The translations under genes and the position numbers were made by a program. Of a stretch of 64,000 nucleotides of DNA, positions 40,509 through 51,907 are shown piece by piece (positions within the stretch are counted from its first letter, which is position 1; each line of letters begins with the position of its first letter). Source of the DNA: Octopus sinensis. Lineage: Eukaryota. The stretch is from the NCBI RefSeq assembly GCF_006345805.1, contig NC_042998.1, positions 119,412,001 to 119,476,000 on the forward strand, in the 5' to 3' direction. The notes beneath the pieces are model-generated. The model had not been told where the DNA came from and did not search any database. It saw only the letters and a list, made by a program, of their open reading frames with translations.

Positions 40509-43500
40509 GCCTATAGATGCGTATAACTTTAAACGTAGAAGTTCCAGCAAAAGAGCATTTAATGTTGATAACGTTAATATTAAGAAAAACGTATATATAA
40601 ATAATAGAAAGACTATATTTAAAGAAGAATATAGTGTGTCAATGTGAGGTCATTACAAGGAATCGTAGGTATTTTTACATAGGTTCTTCAGCTACACTTT
40701 GGAAATGTAGATTATATAATCATTCTTCATTTAAGCTTAAAAGAATGTTATTCTACGAATCTTAGTAAATGCATGTGAGATTTAAAAGACAAGAACATTA
40801 ACTATGATATAAAGTTGTTTATTATCAATCATGCGCCATCGTACAATACTGGTAATTCTAAATGTGATCTTTACCTTGAGGAAATGTATTATATAATTAC
40901 TTCAAAATTAGTCTTATTAAATTGTAGAAATAGTTTTACATTGAAATGTTCTCATAAATATTGAAAAGCATTTAAATATGTCAATAGTAAATAACCTATT
41001 AATTATAATTGCTTCTCCTAAAATCTGATTGTTTAGCATATTTAATACATAACTCATTTGGAAATCTCGATTACATATTCATTTTTCTTCATTTCAGTTT
41101 AGAAGTAAATGTAATTCTACGAATCTTAGTAAATGCATTTGGGATTTAAAAGACAAGAACATTGACTATGATATAAAGTGGTCCTGTAGCGATGGAATCA
41201 ATTTTGTGTCCGTTTACTTTAACCGCAATATATTTGAGAAAAATAAACGGACGAGTCCATATAGAACTCATACATGCCATGTGACTGGCGATTTTTAATT
41301 ATTTAAACAAATATACAGCATTTGCTATATATTCACTAGAAGTTCAATACACGACACTCGCCACCTCAATAAGACGATTCGGTAGATGTCATATTCTGCC
41401 AGAACGCCAGTTTTCTCCAATCATCATCTCGTCGACTCCATGCGTTTGAGGTTCGGATTTCTCTACCTTGACGCCGCAGTTGCCATTGCCTAACCTCGAG
41501 TCGATTTCTACCTGGGCAGGTTGACATCTGTCCGTCGACGGGAGCAGTTGGTCGAAACTAGCTATCCAGCTTTTATTTTCGTTTGCGACGATCGCAGTAC
41601 ACGCACTTTTCTGTGCCGTATATTTGACGAGACTTGCTTTCTTCATGCATTTGTTAAATATTCATTAGGAGTTCAATACACGACAGTTATGATGTGGAAT
41701 TTACATGTTTATTTTTTATTTATTTCATTATCTACTGACGTCATCAAAAGTTAAATACTAACTGGCTTTTCTTAGATTATATTTTTCCTAAAGTTCTTTT
41801 TGTACGCGTTTGTCTGTAAAAGATATTTTCTTAGTTCACTTTGAATTTAGGCCATTTTGGATTGCCTAGATAATATTGTATTAGTATATGTTTTCGGATA
41901 TATTAATTTGACTGGTATTTTATACCTTTTTTCTGTATCTAAATATGCTGGCACAATAAAAAGGATCGTCGGTTATGTCTGATGTAATTATCAATTGAAT
42001 ATGAGATTTTAACCATTTGTGCCCTTGTCTTATACTCAGAATTTCTTGAAATTCTTCTAGGCGATATTTGGATTTACTTGACATACATGAAAAATTATCT
42101 TTGATGTTAATTCTACTTGAATTTATTGGTATAAGATCACTTGATATAGTTAGCCAAATTCGCTTAACATTGAGTGATTTATAGATATCTGTCTGTGTTT
42201 ATTAATGCCTTTTACTTCTTACATGCGTATGCATATGTATGTGTGTGCATGTGTGTGTTTATGCATGTATGTATGTATGTATGTATGTATACATATATAC
42301 AAAATAGCATTCTTTGACAAAAATCGGTAATCGGAGACCCACAGTCGAAAGTTATAGAGAGAATAGTAAAAAGGCCTCTACCCAGCAGTAGGAGAGAAAT
42401 GGCTGATTTGAAACATAGATAGATAAGCAATCAAATATACAGATGAAGAGGGAGGCACAGGGCGTAATAATGAGATAACGAGATAATGAGATAAAGAGAT
42501 AATGATAAAGTGATAGAGATTAAAGAGAGAGAACCAGAAAGAAAATGACGATGAGGTAAGACAAAGAAAGATATGGTAAGTATTTGCTCAGAGAGAAAGA
42601 GATGGTATTAAAGAGACAGGCATAGAAAGAATGGAGAAATAGAGGCGTCCATAGATACATAGTTACACACTTAAACACACCAGTAAGAATGAGAAATTAC
42701 TTTAGGGACTGTTCTGGATTAAGCACATACAAACACACACACGCACACGATCGTGTGTATATATGTGCATGTGTGAGTGTGTATGTGTGTTTGTGAATGC
42801 AAATTTAATGGGGCTACAAATGTAATGTTAAGTGGCATGCGCAAATTTGAACTTTCTCATTTCTATTTCAAACGTATCAACGGCATAAATCAAAATGGCA
42901 GATTCTTATCTGACAGAACGTCAGATATGAAAAGTCATATTAGGCTCGTGACTCTAGTTGCTAACGACACCAATTCGGAGATCGCTAGCTTCTAAAACGT
43001 GTCCAGAGTCAGGAAAACGTAGGAGACATCTGGCCGAGATCTGTCACGGTGGCCAAAAGATGGAAACATTATAAGCGTTCAAATGGTTCGTTGATGATGT
43101 CCAGCAATTCTTGGACATCATCAACGATAACCTTAGCAAGTCGATGAGGGCCCTCACCGAGCAGCTCATGTTGGCGCAGTGCCGAAGTCTACGATCAAAC
43201 GTGTGGTCTACGAGGACGTCATGTTCGAGTCTAAATGTCTGGAATAACTCTGTTATTAAGTGACCTCAATATCATATGACCTTCTAGCCTTCCGACCTTG
43301 AAGATTCTGGATTGCTTGATATGAGATCTCGTCTTTTTGCATGTAATCACTTCTCTAGCCACGTCGAGACTGTCATTTGGTCTGAGAATAATTTTGTTGT
43401 ATGGCCTGCTTCTTCGCTGTATCTTGCTGAAACGTAACAGCCGTTGTTTTAGGAGCATACTGTTTTTTTTCTTATTTTGCTTTTTTTCCCCTGTATTTTC

Positions 43501-43603
43501 CTTTTGCTCTCAGTTACCCGGCGCACCTTGTAAGAGTATAAGTATATATGTATATGTACATCCAAGTATATACATACTATTACAAACACTCACACACATA
43601 TGC

Positions 43604-43648
<45 letters not shown>

Positions 43649-43716
43649 ATAATATATGTACGCATGTATATATATATATTATACATACTTATGCATATAA
43701 ATACGAGTATATATAT

Positions 43717-43758
<42 letters not shown>

Positions 43759-43787
43759 AATACATAAACACATGCATAGGTACATAC

Positions 43788-43818
<31 letters not shown>

Positions 43819-45130
43819 CATACATACATACATACATACATAATACATACATACATACATAAGTACGTACTTACTCTGTTATGGATACATTCATAAACAC
43901 CAACTCAAGGAATACTGGTCGAATATTCCCATTAAAATGTAAAACGCCTGTCAAATGTAAACATAATAGGCCGGATATTGTTGTTTGGGACAGAGGGGCA
44001 AAGGTATGTACCATCATAGAGGTCAGCTGCCCTGCAGATATAAATATCTCTTTGAAAATCAAAGAAAAAGAGGATATCTTTGGACAAATGATTCAAAACC
44101 TCCAGCTTCTATATCTAAACTATGAATTCATATTCATACCAATAATAATTGGAGCACTAGGTTTTGTTAGTAAATGCTTAAAGGAGAATCTGGATAAATT
44201 GGGGTTTTCAGAAAGAGAAATCGACCGGCTAATTCGTACATTACAAGTGCAATCTGTGAGTGGAACAGTAAAAATATGCAAGATTTTTCGCACGTTCCAA
44301 ATGTGAATTTGTCTGTGTTAACAACATCCCAAAGATAGAGCCTTATATCTTTGTTGGAAACCGGCTCCCTCCTCAGTAGAAGTTTTATAATATTTAAAAA
44401 ATAGAAGAGACATACATACATACACATATACATACATACATACATACATACATACATACATACATACATACATACATACATACATACAGGATGGTTTTAA
44501 TTTTTGTTCACCCCTCATGTTGATATTCATAATTGGCATCGCTACTTTCCCTCTACATCAATACGCACATGATCACTTCTAAGTCTATGATAGCTGAGCT
44601 GAATAAGCTTTGCTAATGAGATCTAATGAGATTGAAACATGTCACTTACTGTCACCCGCCAATTGGTGAAGACCACTACTAATGTATCATAAGAATGTGT
44701 GTGTATGCGTGTTGGGTGTGTGTTGCGTTAAGAATACTCAAGTCTTACACATATTTTTATGTTTTAAAAACATATTGAATATATGATTGAGTTCTAGTTT
44801 TAGATTTTTTTTTATTGGGAGTTTTTCCCCCATATTTTGATGTGAGCCCCTTATTTGAAGCAGTAAACCTCACAGTTACTCCAACATTTCTCTGCCTTTA
44901 CAGTTATATCTTCAGGATGAAGGGATACTGGAATGTGTTATTAACACTTTACAGTAAGCGGAGCCAATATGACTGGTGCAGACATTCCAACCAGAAACTT
45001 TGTGAATGCCTAGAAACGTTGATAACACATTTAGGAACTTTACTGTTGGGCTTTCAATACTAACTATCTACAAAAATTGCTTTTTCCCATACATGCACAC
45101 AAATACACACACTCACACATGCACGCATAC

Positions 45131-45162
<32 letters not shown>

Positions 45163-45938
45163 ATAATTGCACAAACGTGCGTGAATATGTACAAAGAGTA
45201 ACGGAGAGAAATTAAGTGACTACATACATACATGCATGAATACATACACACATACTTATATACATGCATGCATGCAAACATATATACATACATACATACA
45301 TACATACATACATACATACATACTACATACATACAGGTAGGGAGAGAACATAAATAGATAGAGAGATATATATATATGCACACACATAGGAATATATGTG
45401 TGTGTGTGTGTATAAATATATATTTAAACTGTATGCATGTGCGCGCGCGTGTGTGTGTGTAACGATATAAAAAGAAAGTTGCATCCACAATATAACCAGT
45501 GAAAGAAATAGTATGGGTAGCGGGTAATACAATTTGCATGAGTTAAAGTCAGTAGTAGTAGTAGTAGTAGTAGTAGTAGAAATAAACGGTCATTCGAGCA
45601 GCTCGAAATAGCAGCCAAATCGTCCTCAGATCACCATGGCTAACAACGTCTGTGCTGTCCGGAGTACGCTAATACTAAATAGGATAATAAAGGGTTGCCG
45701 TGTCTGGGATGTTTTTCAACATATTCAGTTCGATCGAACTGAGACACAACAACAATATAGCAAAACTAAGGAACTTGACGAAAAATAGAATTTCAAGTAA
45801 AAAAAAAAAAAAGTTTTAACAACAACAACAACAACAAACCAAAAGCTCCCTTTTACCTGTGGCATCCATAAAGGCCTCAAAATTTTCGGGCATTTCTTCG
45901 CCCTGCTTCCATTTTCCGCGGAAAAGATCGATCGACAT
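21901..45938 (-). CDS. FABP/intracellular lipid-binding-protein family gene, 4 coding exons, 140 aa: [140 protein letters not shown]
   Basis: Manual splicing gives an open frame of 82+179+111+51 nt with GT-AG introns (11628, 4158, 7829 bp) in phases 1,0,0. This matches the conserved vertebrate FABP gene plan (FABP4 coding exons 73/173/102/51). N-terminal GxW...NF..FM.A.GV motif and ITTRE strand present. Ortholog identity not assignable without a search. Confidence 0.88.
22900..23440 (-). mobile_element. Possible highly degenerate pogo/Tigger remnant
   Basis: Fragments resembling the CENP-B HTH (ALHIAKNF...TSSRW / GCLKYRLRH) across frames. Confidence 0.3.
23972..24488. mobile_element. Mariner-derived non-autonomous element with ~130-bp imperfect terminal inverted repeats
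   Basis: 23975-24105 pairs with the reverse complement of 24380-24488; internal + strand [38 protein letters not shown] resembles a mariner transposase N-terminus. Confidence 0.75.
24893..24938 (-). ncRNA. Intact minimal type I hammerhead ribozyme (predicted dimer-dependent)
   Basis: GACAC-CUGAUGA-A-GGCUG GAGGAUAUAC CAGCC-GAAAC-GUU-GUGUU: consensus core, 5-bp stem II, stem I GACAC/GUGUU, loopless palindromic AACGUU stem III, GUU cleavage triplet. Confidence 0.8.
25072..25585 (-). mobile_element. 3' end of an R4/Dong-type non-LTR retrotransposon (restriction-like endonuclease) inserted in (TAA)n
   Basis: Open [24 protein letters not shown]...LIDIS.PAD.N...[12 protein letters not shown] (PD..D..K RLE motif), short 3'UTR, TAA repeats on both sides. 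Confidence 0.88.
25737..25915 (+). mobile_element. tRNA-head/hammerhead module (plus copy, head partly deleted) forming an inverted pair with 24825-25736
   Basis: gacatatgacgtagtggttaagagcg...ggaatgagaacccaggttcgaaatttcc; hammerhead at 25819-25864 with CUGAAGA core and one stem II mismatch. Confidence 0.8.
26570..26810 (-). mobile_element. Degenerate Penelope GIY-YIG remnant
   Basis: [23 protein letters not shown]...IQYKIL pattern, like the 59100-59400 segment. Confidence 0.6.
28060..28160. repeat. (GGT)n/(GTA)n microsatellite, followed by an ~20-bp tandem unit (gtaccaaaatagtacat) at 28262-28345
   Basis: Direct observation. Confidence 0.85.
28400..28920 (-). mobile_element. Degenerate RLE-type LINE remnant (CCHC zinc-knuckle region)
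   Basis: [26 protein letters not shown] resembles the CRxC...E...HI.S.C motif preceding RLE domains; many stops. Confidence 0.45.
29781..29891 (-). CDS. FABP-like exon 3 ([37 protein letters not shown])
   Basis: Acceptor tctttgttcatcttcAG, 111 nt open in phase 0, donor GTT|GTAAGT; ITTRE matches the FABP Arg106 strand. Confidence 0.88.
30560..31260 (+). mobile_element. Degenerate pogo/Tigger-like transposase
   Basis: AKLIAK...[12 protein letters not shown]; FHKYIINF...IANMDEV; SLL..DQY; LLDVSI fragments of the CENP-B HTH and DDE_1 domains. Confidence 0.65.
31661..31866 (+). mobile_element. SINE family B with tail type 1 (..cccctctatgttcagccccttgtgggtaataaagaaa)
   Basis: gagctggcagaaccgttagcacg...gagttgaaattcc...ggggtcgataaattaagtaccag. 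Confidence 0.8.
32060..33190 (+). mobile_element. 5'-truncated CR1/L2-group LINE with (ATCA)n tail
   Basis: [12 protein letters not shown]..., [40 protein letters not shown]; frameshifted; aatcatcaatcaatc tail. Confidence 0.85.
34050..34228 (-). CDS. FABP-like exon 2 (G-VYKDKRDQ...[18 protein letters not shown])
   Basis: Acceptor tttttactgcAG, 179 nt open in phase 1 to phase 0, donor ACA|GTAAGC; YKFNEAY..TD..G resembles FABP FKLGEEFDETTADG. Confidence 0.88.
34300..34500 (-). mobile_element. SINE family B with a different 3' tail
   Basis: Reverse-complement head ...cggcatttcatccgtctctacgttcggagttcaaattctgccgag; tail ccccacaaaattgcgcgtgttgtgccaaaatttgaaacc. Confidence 0.65.
34738..34940 (+). 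mobile_element. SINE family B with tail type 2 and a 17-bp target-site duplication
   Basis: Full head gtggcgagctggcagaaacgctagc...gagttcaaattcc; identical AATATTTTTTGGCTCAA at 34719-34735 and 34940-34956. Confidence 0.9.
35730..35950 (-). mobile_element. Unclassified SINE-like repeat fragment
   Basis: GC-richer block ending tggagcagcgtggaataaagtgtcttgctcaa, a SINE-body-like motif; no second full copy in the window. Confidence 0.4.
38328..39070. repeat. Long inverted repeat: ~150-bp arms (38328-38476 and 38921-39070) around an ~440-bp spacer
   Basis: tttgatgctccatacaatgat...ccaaaatatt is matched in reverse complement by aatattttgg...attgtatggagcatcaaa with only scattered mismatches. Confidence 0.9.
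40702..41178. repeat. Direct repeat of ~115 bp (40702-40815 and 41061-41178)
   Basis: ttctacgaatcttagtaaatgcat.tg.gatttaaaagacaagaacatt.actatgatataaagt occurs twice. Confidence 0.85.
42900..43240 (+). mobile_element. Degenerate Tc1/mariner (maT-like) transposase N-terminal fragment
   Basis: [23 protein letters not shown]...[10 protein letters not shown] resembles the HTH region of the family seen at 15697. Confidence 0.5.
43868..44412 (+). mobile_element. 3' end of a second RLE-type non-LTR retrotransposon inside a (CATA)n microsatellite
   Basis: [32 protein letters not shown]...IPIIIGALG; CATA repeats at ~43790-43865 and ~44412-44487. Confidence 0.82.
45857..45938 (-). CDS. FABP-like exon 1 ([28 protein letters not shown])
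   Basis: cagccATG start; FABP N-terminal motif GKWK...ENFEAFM; donor ACAG|GTAAAA in phase 1 at the conserved Gly. Confidence 0.9.
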
Positions 45939-46290
45939 GGCTGATTCGATTTGGTTTTGATGGAGGAAAAAATACTTGATGCGTTGATAAAAAAAAAATG
46001 AGTGAGTGAATGAATGAATGAATGAATGATAGGAATAAAGAAAAAAATGAATCAATCAATCAATCAGTAAGACGTGGTGGTTAGACCGTGTAAGATAAAT
46101 GTCCGTATCGTATTCTTTTGCTGCGGTTGTTTTGGTTGTGGTGGTGTTTTGTGGGGTCCTTTTTGCACTGAACGCAGCAGGCAATATGCTGAGCGGGCAC
46201 AGTTGGGACAAATGTTATGTGAAGCGAGTGCAAAGGTTTGTTATTTCAGTGAAGTAAGGAGGGGAGAAAAGAGGCGGGCAGCAGACATAC
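45939..46290 (-). promoter_or_regulatory. Probable 5'UTR/proximal promoter of the FABP-like gene
   Basis: Non-repetitive, relatively GC-richer DNA immediately upstream of the ATG and bounded by (CA)/(CT) repeats. No clear TATA box seen; position-based inference only. Confidence 0.3.
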
Positions 46291-46548
46291 ATACATATAC
46301 AATCACACACATCTACACATACACACACACACACATAAACGTCACAGTAAAAAGAAAAAAGAAAAGGAAACAGCAATGCCGACAACAAAACGTTCGCAGT
46401 TACCTCCCTCTATCCTATCCTTTTCAGTACTTTCAAGTTTACTTCTACAACTCTTCTATCTCTCTCTCTCTCTCTTCCCATCTGCTCATCAACGGTGCAT
46501 CCCCCTACCATCTCTCTCTCTCTTTCTCTCTCTCCCTCTCTCTATCTC

Positions 46549-46594
<46 letters not shown>

Positions 46595-47402
46595 CTCTCA
46601 ACCTCTTATTATCTTTCACTTTCGATCTGCTCTCACTTCTCCCTCTTTCTCTATTCCTACAAACTCTAATCTCTCATACGTTTTCTCTTTTCCACTCTTC
46701 ACTGTTTCATTACTTCACCACTATCTTCCCTTTTAACTTTCTTCAATACCCAACTCCACTTACAATCTCTTATTGACCACCCCACTTTTAGTCTCTTCCT
46801 CACACAAGCATGCGCGCGCACACACAATGCGATTTTGTTTTTGTCTTTTTTGTCACGTTATTTTCGTAATTCTTTTTCAGGATGCGTCTCTCTCCCTTCA
46901 CTTAATAATTTTATCCCAACCTTCTCTCTTTCTATTCAATCTCCTTAGCCCCCCACCCCTCTCTTTATATCTCTGTCAATCTCATTCAACTTCTCTCTTT
47001 TTCTATCATTATTTCTTTCTTTCTTTCATCTCTTGATTAAGTCATTCATTCAATAATTCTTTATTTATCTGCCCACCCTTCCACCTATCTATATTTGTAC
47101 CCATCATACAGCTATAAATTTATCTACCCATTTATCCCTCCGTCTCTGTAGATGAAGTTATATTATCATCTATCTACTTTTATATAACTATATTTCTACC
47201 CAACCACACATCTGTCTATCTATCTATCCATCGACCAATTTCTCCACATAACATGTATATATATATATATATAATATATATATATATATTATATATATAT
47301 ATAATATATATATATATATATAATATTGGTATTCATGTTCAGCTATAATAAAAACAATTTTACATTAATCTGATGGGTTACTCTATACAGTACAAATTTA
47401 TT

Positions 47403-47485
47403 ATTCTTATACAAGGTTGTTGCTGACAGTGACTTCGAAGTTGTCAACTTCAAAGTCACTGTCAACGACATTCTTGTATAAGAAT
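47403..47485. repeat. Near-perfect 83-bp hairpin (41-bp arms)
   Basis: attcttatacaaggttgttgctgacagtgacttcgaagttg-t-caacttcaaagtcactgtcaacgacattcttgtataagaat. Confidence 0.9.
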
Positions 47486-47509
47486 TATGGAATCTTGCAG
47501 CACAAATTC

Positions 47510-47700
47510 ATAAACGTATGTATACATACATTATTTACATTTGGCAGATATTTGTCTTCATCTTGTTTGTTGTTAGCACAACGATTCGGCTGATATACTC
47601 TCCAGGCTTCATCAGGTGTCTTGGGGAAAATTTCGAACCTGGGTTCTCATTCCTAAGGTATTTTTCGATGGTATTTTTACTACAGAACATTAACAATATA
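47510..47700 (-). mobile_element. Headless minus copy of the hammerhead module (ribozyme at 47575-47620, GAAA mutated to GAAU)
   Basis: Reverse-complement match to 47945-48090. Confidence 0.8.
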
Positions 47701-47739
47701 TTATTATTATTAGTAGTAGTAGTAGTAGTAGTAGTAGTA

Positions 47740-47777
<38 letters not shown>

Positions 47778-47779
47778 TT

Positions 47780-47857
47780 TTCCCGTGGACGTAGTGGCGT
47801 TGTGGTTAAGAGCGCGGGCTACTAAACCCAAGTTCGATTCCAAGCAGTGACCTGAAA

Positions 47858-47940
<83 letters not shown>

Positions 47941-48115
47941 CAACAACAACAACAACAACAACATCGAGAAATACCTTTGGAATGAGAACCCAGGTTCGAA
48001 ATTTCCCCAAGACACCAGATGAAGGCTGGAGGGTATATCAACCGAAACGTTGTGTTAAACAAGATGTCAAATGTAAATAATGTACATAATTCCTCATCTC
48101 TTAAATATAGAACAG
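47780..48115 (+). mobile_element. Most complete copy of the tRNA-head/(TAA)n/hammerhead module (ribozyme at 48011-48056, core mutated to CAGAUGA)
   Basis: gtggcgttgtggttaagagcgcgggctactaaacccaagttcgattcc + (AAT)n(AAC)n + atcgagaaatacc...gaaacgttgtgtt...cataattcctcatctcttaaatatagaac. Confidence 0.85.
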
Positions 48116-48139
48116 TATATATACATTCTTTTATTTTTT

Positions 48140-48329
48140 TATTTGTTTCAGTCATTTGACTGCGGCCATGCTGGACCACCATATTAAAGGGTTTTAGCTG
48201 AAGAAATTGATCCCAGGACTTATTTTTTGTAAGCCTAGTACTTATTCTATCGGTCGCTTTTGCCGAAACGCTAATTTATGGAGACATAAACGCACCACCA
48301 TCGGTTGTCAAGCGATGGTGGGAGAGAAC

Positions 48330-48330
<1 letters not shown>
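48140..48330 (-). mobile_element. 3' half of SINE family A
   Basis: Reverse-complement match to 6060-6235. Confidence 0.75.
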
Positions 48331-48423
<93 letters not shown>

Positions 48424-48659
48424 ACATATATATATCCTTCTATTTCCATCTATACTTTCATCTATCAATAGTTTATTTTTCTTTTATATTTCAAATTTTC
48501 TCCCTCACTCCCTCTTCTTTCTCACTCTTTCCCTCTCTTTCTGTCTCTCCATATATATATATATATATATTTATGTATATATATATTATATATATATATA
48601 TAAAGCTGAAGTTATCTTTGAGTGGCAGGTTTGGTAGCCTTCAACTAACACTATCTCTT

Positions 48660-48972
48660 CCCAAACCCTGCGGTGCAAGTTGACCAAAATTGAGAGTATG
48701 ATAGAAGAAGGTTTGCTCTTCATTCCGTAAACGAAAAAATTCAAATCGGACCATGTTAACACCTAAAATAATTTACATCAAAAAGGTGCTTTTTTTCTAT
48801 GAAAATTCCTATTTTTACGATTTTTTGACTGCTGTGTCGCCATTTTTCGGCGTATTTCAACCAGAAAAATGTTCACTTAAAGAGAATAACAAGCTACATA
48901 ATGCAAAATTTTTACTTAATTCTAAAGGGTCGAAAAGAAAACAAACCCGAGCAACGCCGGGCTATACTGCAA
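48660..48972 (+). mobile_element. Helitron/Helentron-like non-autonomous 3' segment
   Basis: Ends with GC hairpin cccgagcaacgccggg then ctatactgcaagt and a TA tract. Confidence 0.5.
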
Positions 48973-49036
<64 letters not shown>

Positions 49037-49046
<10 letters not shown>

Positions 49047-49180
49047 TATTAGAGACAAAACCACTATTTTGCAAAACAAACAAGGAAAGACTTAATCAAT
49101 ACATAAAATTTTATGTATTGATTAAGTCTTTCCTTGTTTGTTTTGCAAAATAGTGGTTTTGTCTCTAATAATATTTTATA
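49037..49180. repeat. Perfect 144-bp palindrome without spacer
   Basis: 72-bp arms centred on aaaa|tttt (49108/49109). Confidence 0.95.
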
Positions 49181-49259
49181 ATATTTTACTATAAAATTGG
49201 ATTTAATCCTAAATCTGATTTTTTTCCCTGTAAATTTGGATTTATTCCCTAATATTTAT

Positions 49260-49299
<40 letters not shown>

Positions 49300-50301
49300 G
49301 ACGGGCTTCTCTCAGTTTCTGTCTACTAAGTCCACTTAGAAGACTTTGGTCGGCCTGAGGCTACAGTAGAAGACGCTTGTACGTCTTTGGGCTGTCAACT
49401 TCTGATGAAGTTACAGGAACGCCGTCGTACAGCATGTCTTGGGCAATTTTGAATTTGGTGGAACCCATTGCTCTCCAAGTCTGATTTCTTCCAGAAAGAA
49501 CAAACAGAAAAAAAGAATGACAGAAAAAGAAGACGTGAAACCACAAATACCACCAACCCACTATAGGATTGGTACATTAATTATTGAGCCCTAGAGGCAT
49601 GAAAGTCAAAGTTCACCTAGACTCTATTTGAACACAGCGCAGTGATCCGGAACGATTACCGCAAAGTAATTTAGCCGACGGTCTAACATCTCGGCCAATT
49701 CGCCACCTACCATCTATCCTTCCATCTATCCTTCCACCTATCCTTTCATCTATCCTTCCATCCATTCTTCTATCTATCTTTCCATCTAACTATTTATCAT
49801 CTATTTGTCTATATAGCTATCCATCTATCTACTAATTATCTGTCCACCTATTTATCCATGTAGCTACCGCTTTATCTATCAATCATTTTTCTTTCATGTT
49901 TTAAATGTTTTCACTCTCTCTCTTTCTCTCTTTCTCTCTAACACACACACACACACACACACACACGCAGACCTACTTCTCAATATCCTTTTCTACTTGA
50001 AGTTTCCCCTCTCACCATCGCTCTCTCCTCGTCGCTCTCTCCTGCCTCTCTCTCTCTATCTATCTATCTCTTTAACAGAGCCCTACTATTTAATATCCTT
50101 TTCTAAATGGAATTTCCTCTCTCACCCTCTCTCTGACTCTCTCTCTCTCTTTCCCTCCCTCTCTCTCTCCCTCTCTCTCCCTCCCTCTCTCCTTCTCTCT
50201 TCTCTCTCTCTATTTGTTGATAGCTATTTCACTTTCAGCCTCATCAGTTTTACCCTCTCTGTTCTCTCCTTCCTATCCAATCCATGCATAGTTTTACTCA
50301 C

Positions 50302-50346
<45 letters not shown>

Positions 50347-50569
50347 CCCCCCCATCTACCTACCTATCTATCCTTCTTTCTTTCTTCTTCGTCCTTCACG
50401 TATCCCTTCCCTCACTGTTCCACACAAACACGTTCATGTTCACCCACATTCGCAACGCATTTAACCTCATCGATCTCCTCAAGCTCATAAAAGTTGTGGG
50501 AGGTTTTGTCTGCTCCTCCTCCTCAACATCATCCTCTCCTGACTAATTAATGTCAAAATACACATTCAC

Positions 50570-51150
50570 ATAAACACATACATGCCCACACACACACACA
50601 TACATACACACATGCATAATCATATTTATACATACACACATGCATAATTATACATACACACATACATACACACATACACACATACACACATAAATACACA
50701 CATACATACACACACACATACATACATACATACACACACACATACACACATACATACACACATAATTATACATATAAATACACATACATATAAATTTTGC
50801 ACATACACACATACATACACACATACATACACACATACATACACACATACATACATACATACATACATACATACATACATACACACACACATACATATAA
50901 TTTTACATATACACACATACATACACACATAATTATACATACACACATTCATACACATATACACACATGCATAATCATATTTATAGTCACAAAGACACAC
51001 TTACGCATCCATGCATATTTACGTGCATACGTACTCAAAAGCTCTCATACACACACACACACACACATACACAATCGTATATAGCAGAATACACATACTC
51101 ATACACAAACATATCTACATACACGCATACACGCATACACGCACAGTCGT
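50570..51150. repeat. Degenerate (CA/CATA)n low-complexity block
   Basis: Direct observation. Confidence 0.9.
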
Positions 51151-51664
51151 AAATGTTTACCCACTTTCACACGCATTAGTTTGCACATACACATTCACAC
51201 AATAACTGTATACTACTGAACAAAGTACATTTGCACACACAAACATGTCCTCGTGCATAAATACGTACGCATACACTCGCACCATGTATGCATATTTACA
51301 CATACTTATACATTCGTACTTAAATTTACACACACATACACTCACGCACGTCTCCACTCACTTTCTCTCTCTCTTTTTCTTTCCCCCTCTTTCTCCCCTC
51401 TCTCTCTCTCTCTTTCTCCCCCCTCTGCTTTCTCACAACCTCATCCACTCTCTCCCTCATTTTTACAGTCTGTCCCTCTGTCTGGATGTCTCTTTATCTG
51501 ACTGACTGACTGACTGACTGACTACTGTATATCTCTTTTTGCCTCAGCACTATCTTCACCACCTTCTCTGCCTATCGACCTAACTATCAAACAGCAATTT
51601 TTATAACTATCGCTGCATACCAGTGCGTGTATGTGCGAATGCGCATATGTGTACGTGTATAAGT

Positions 51665-51907
<243 letters not shown>

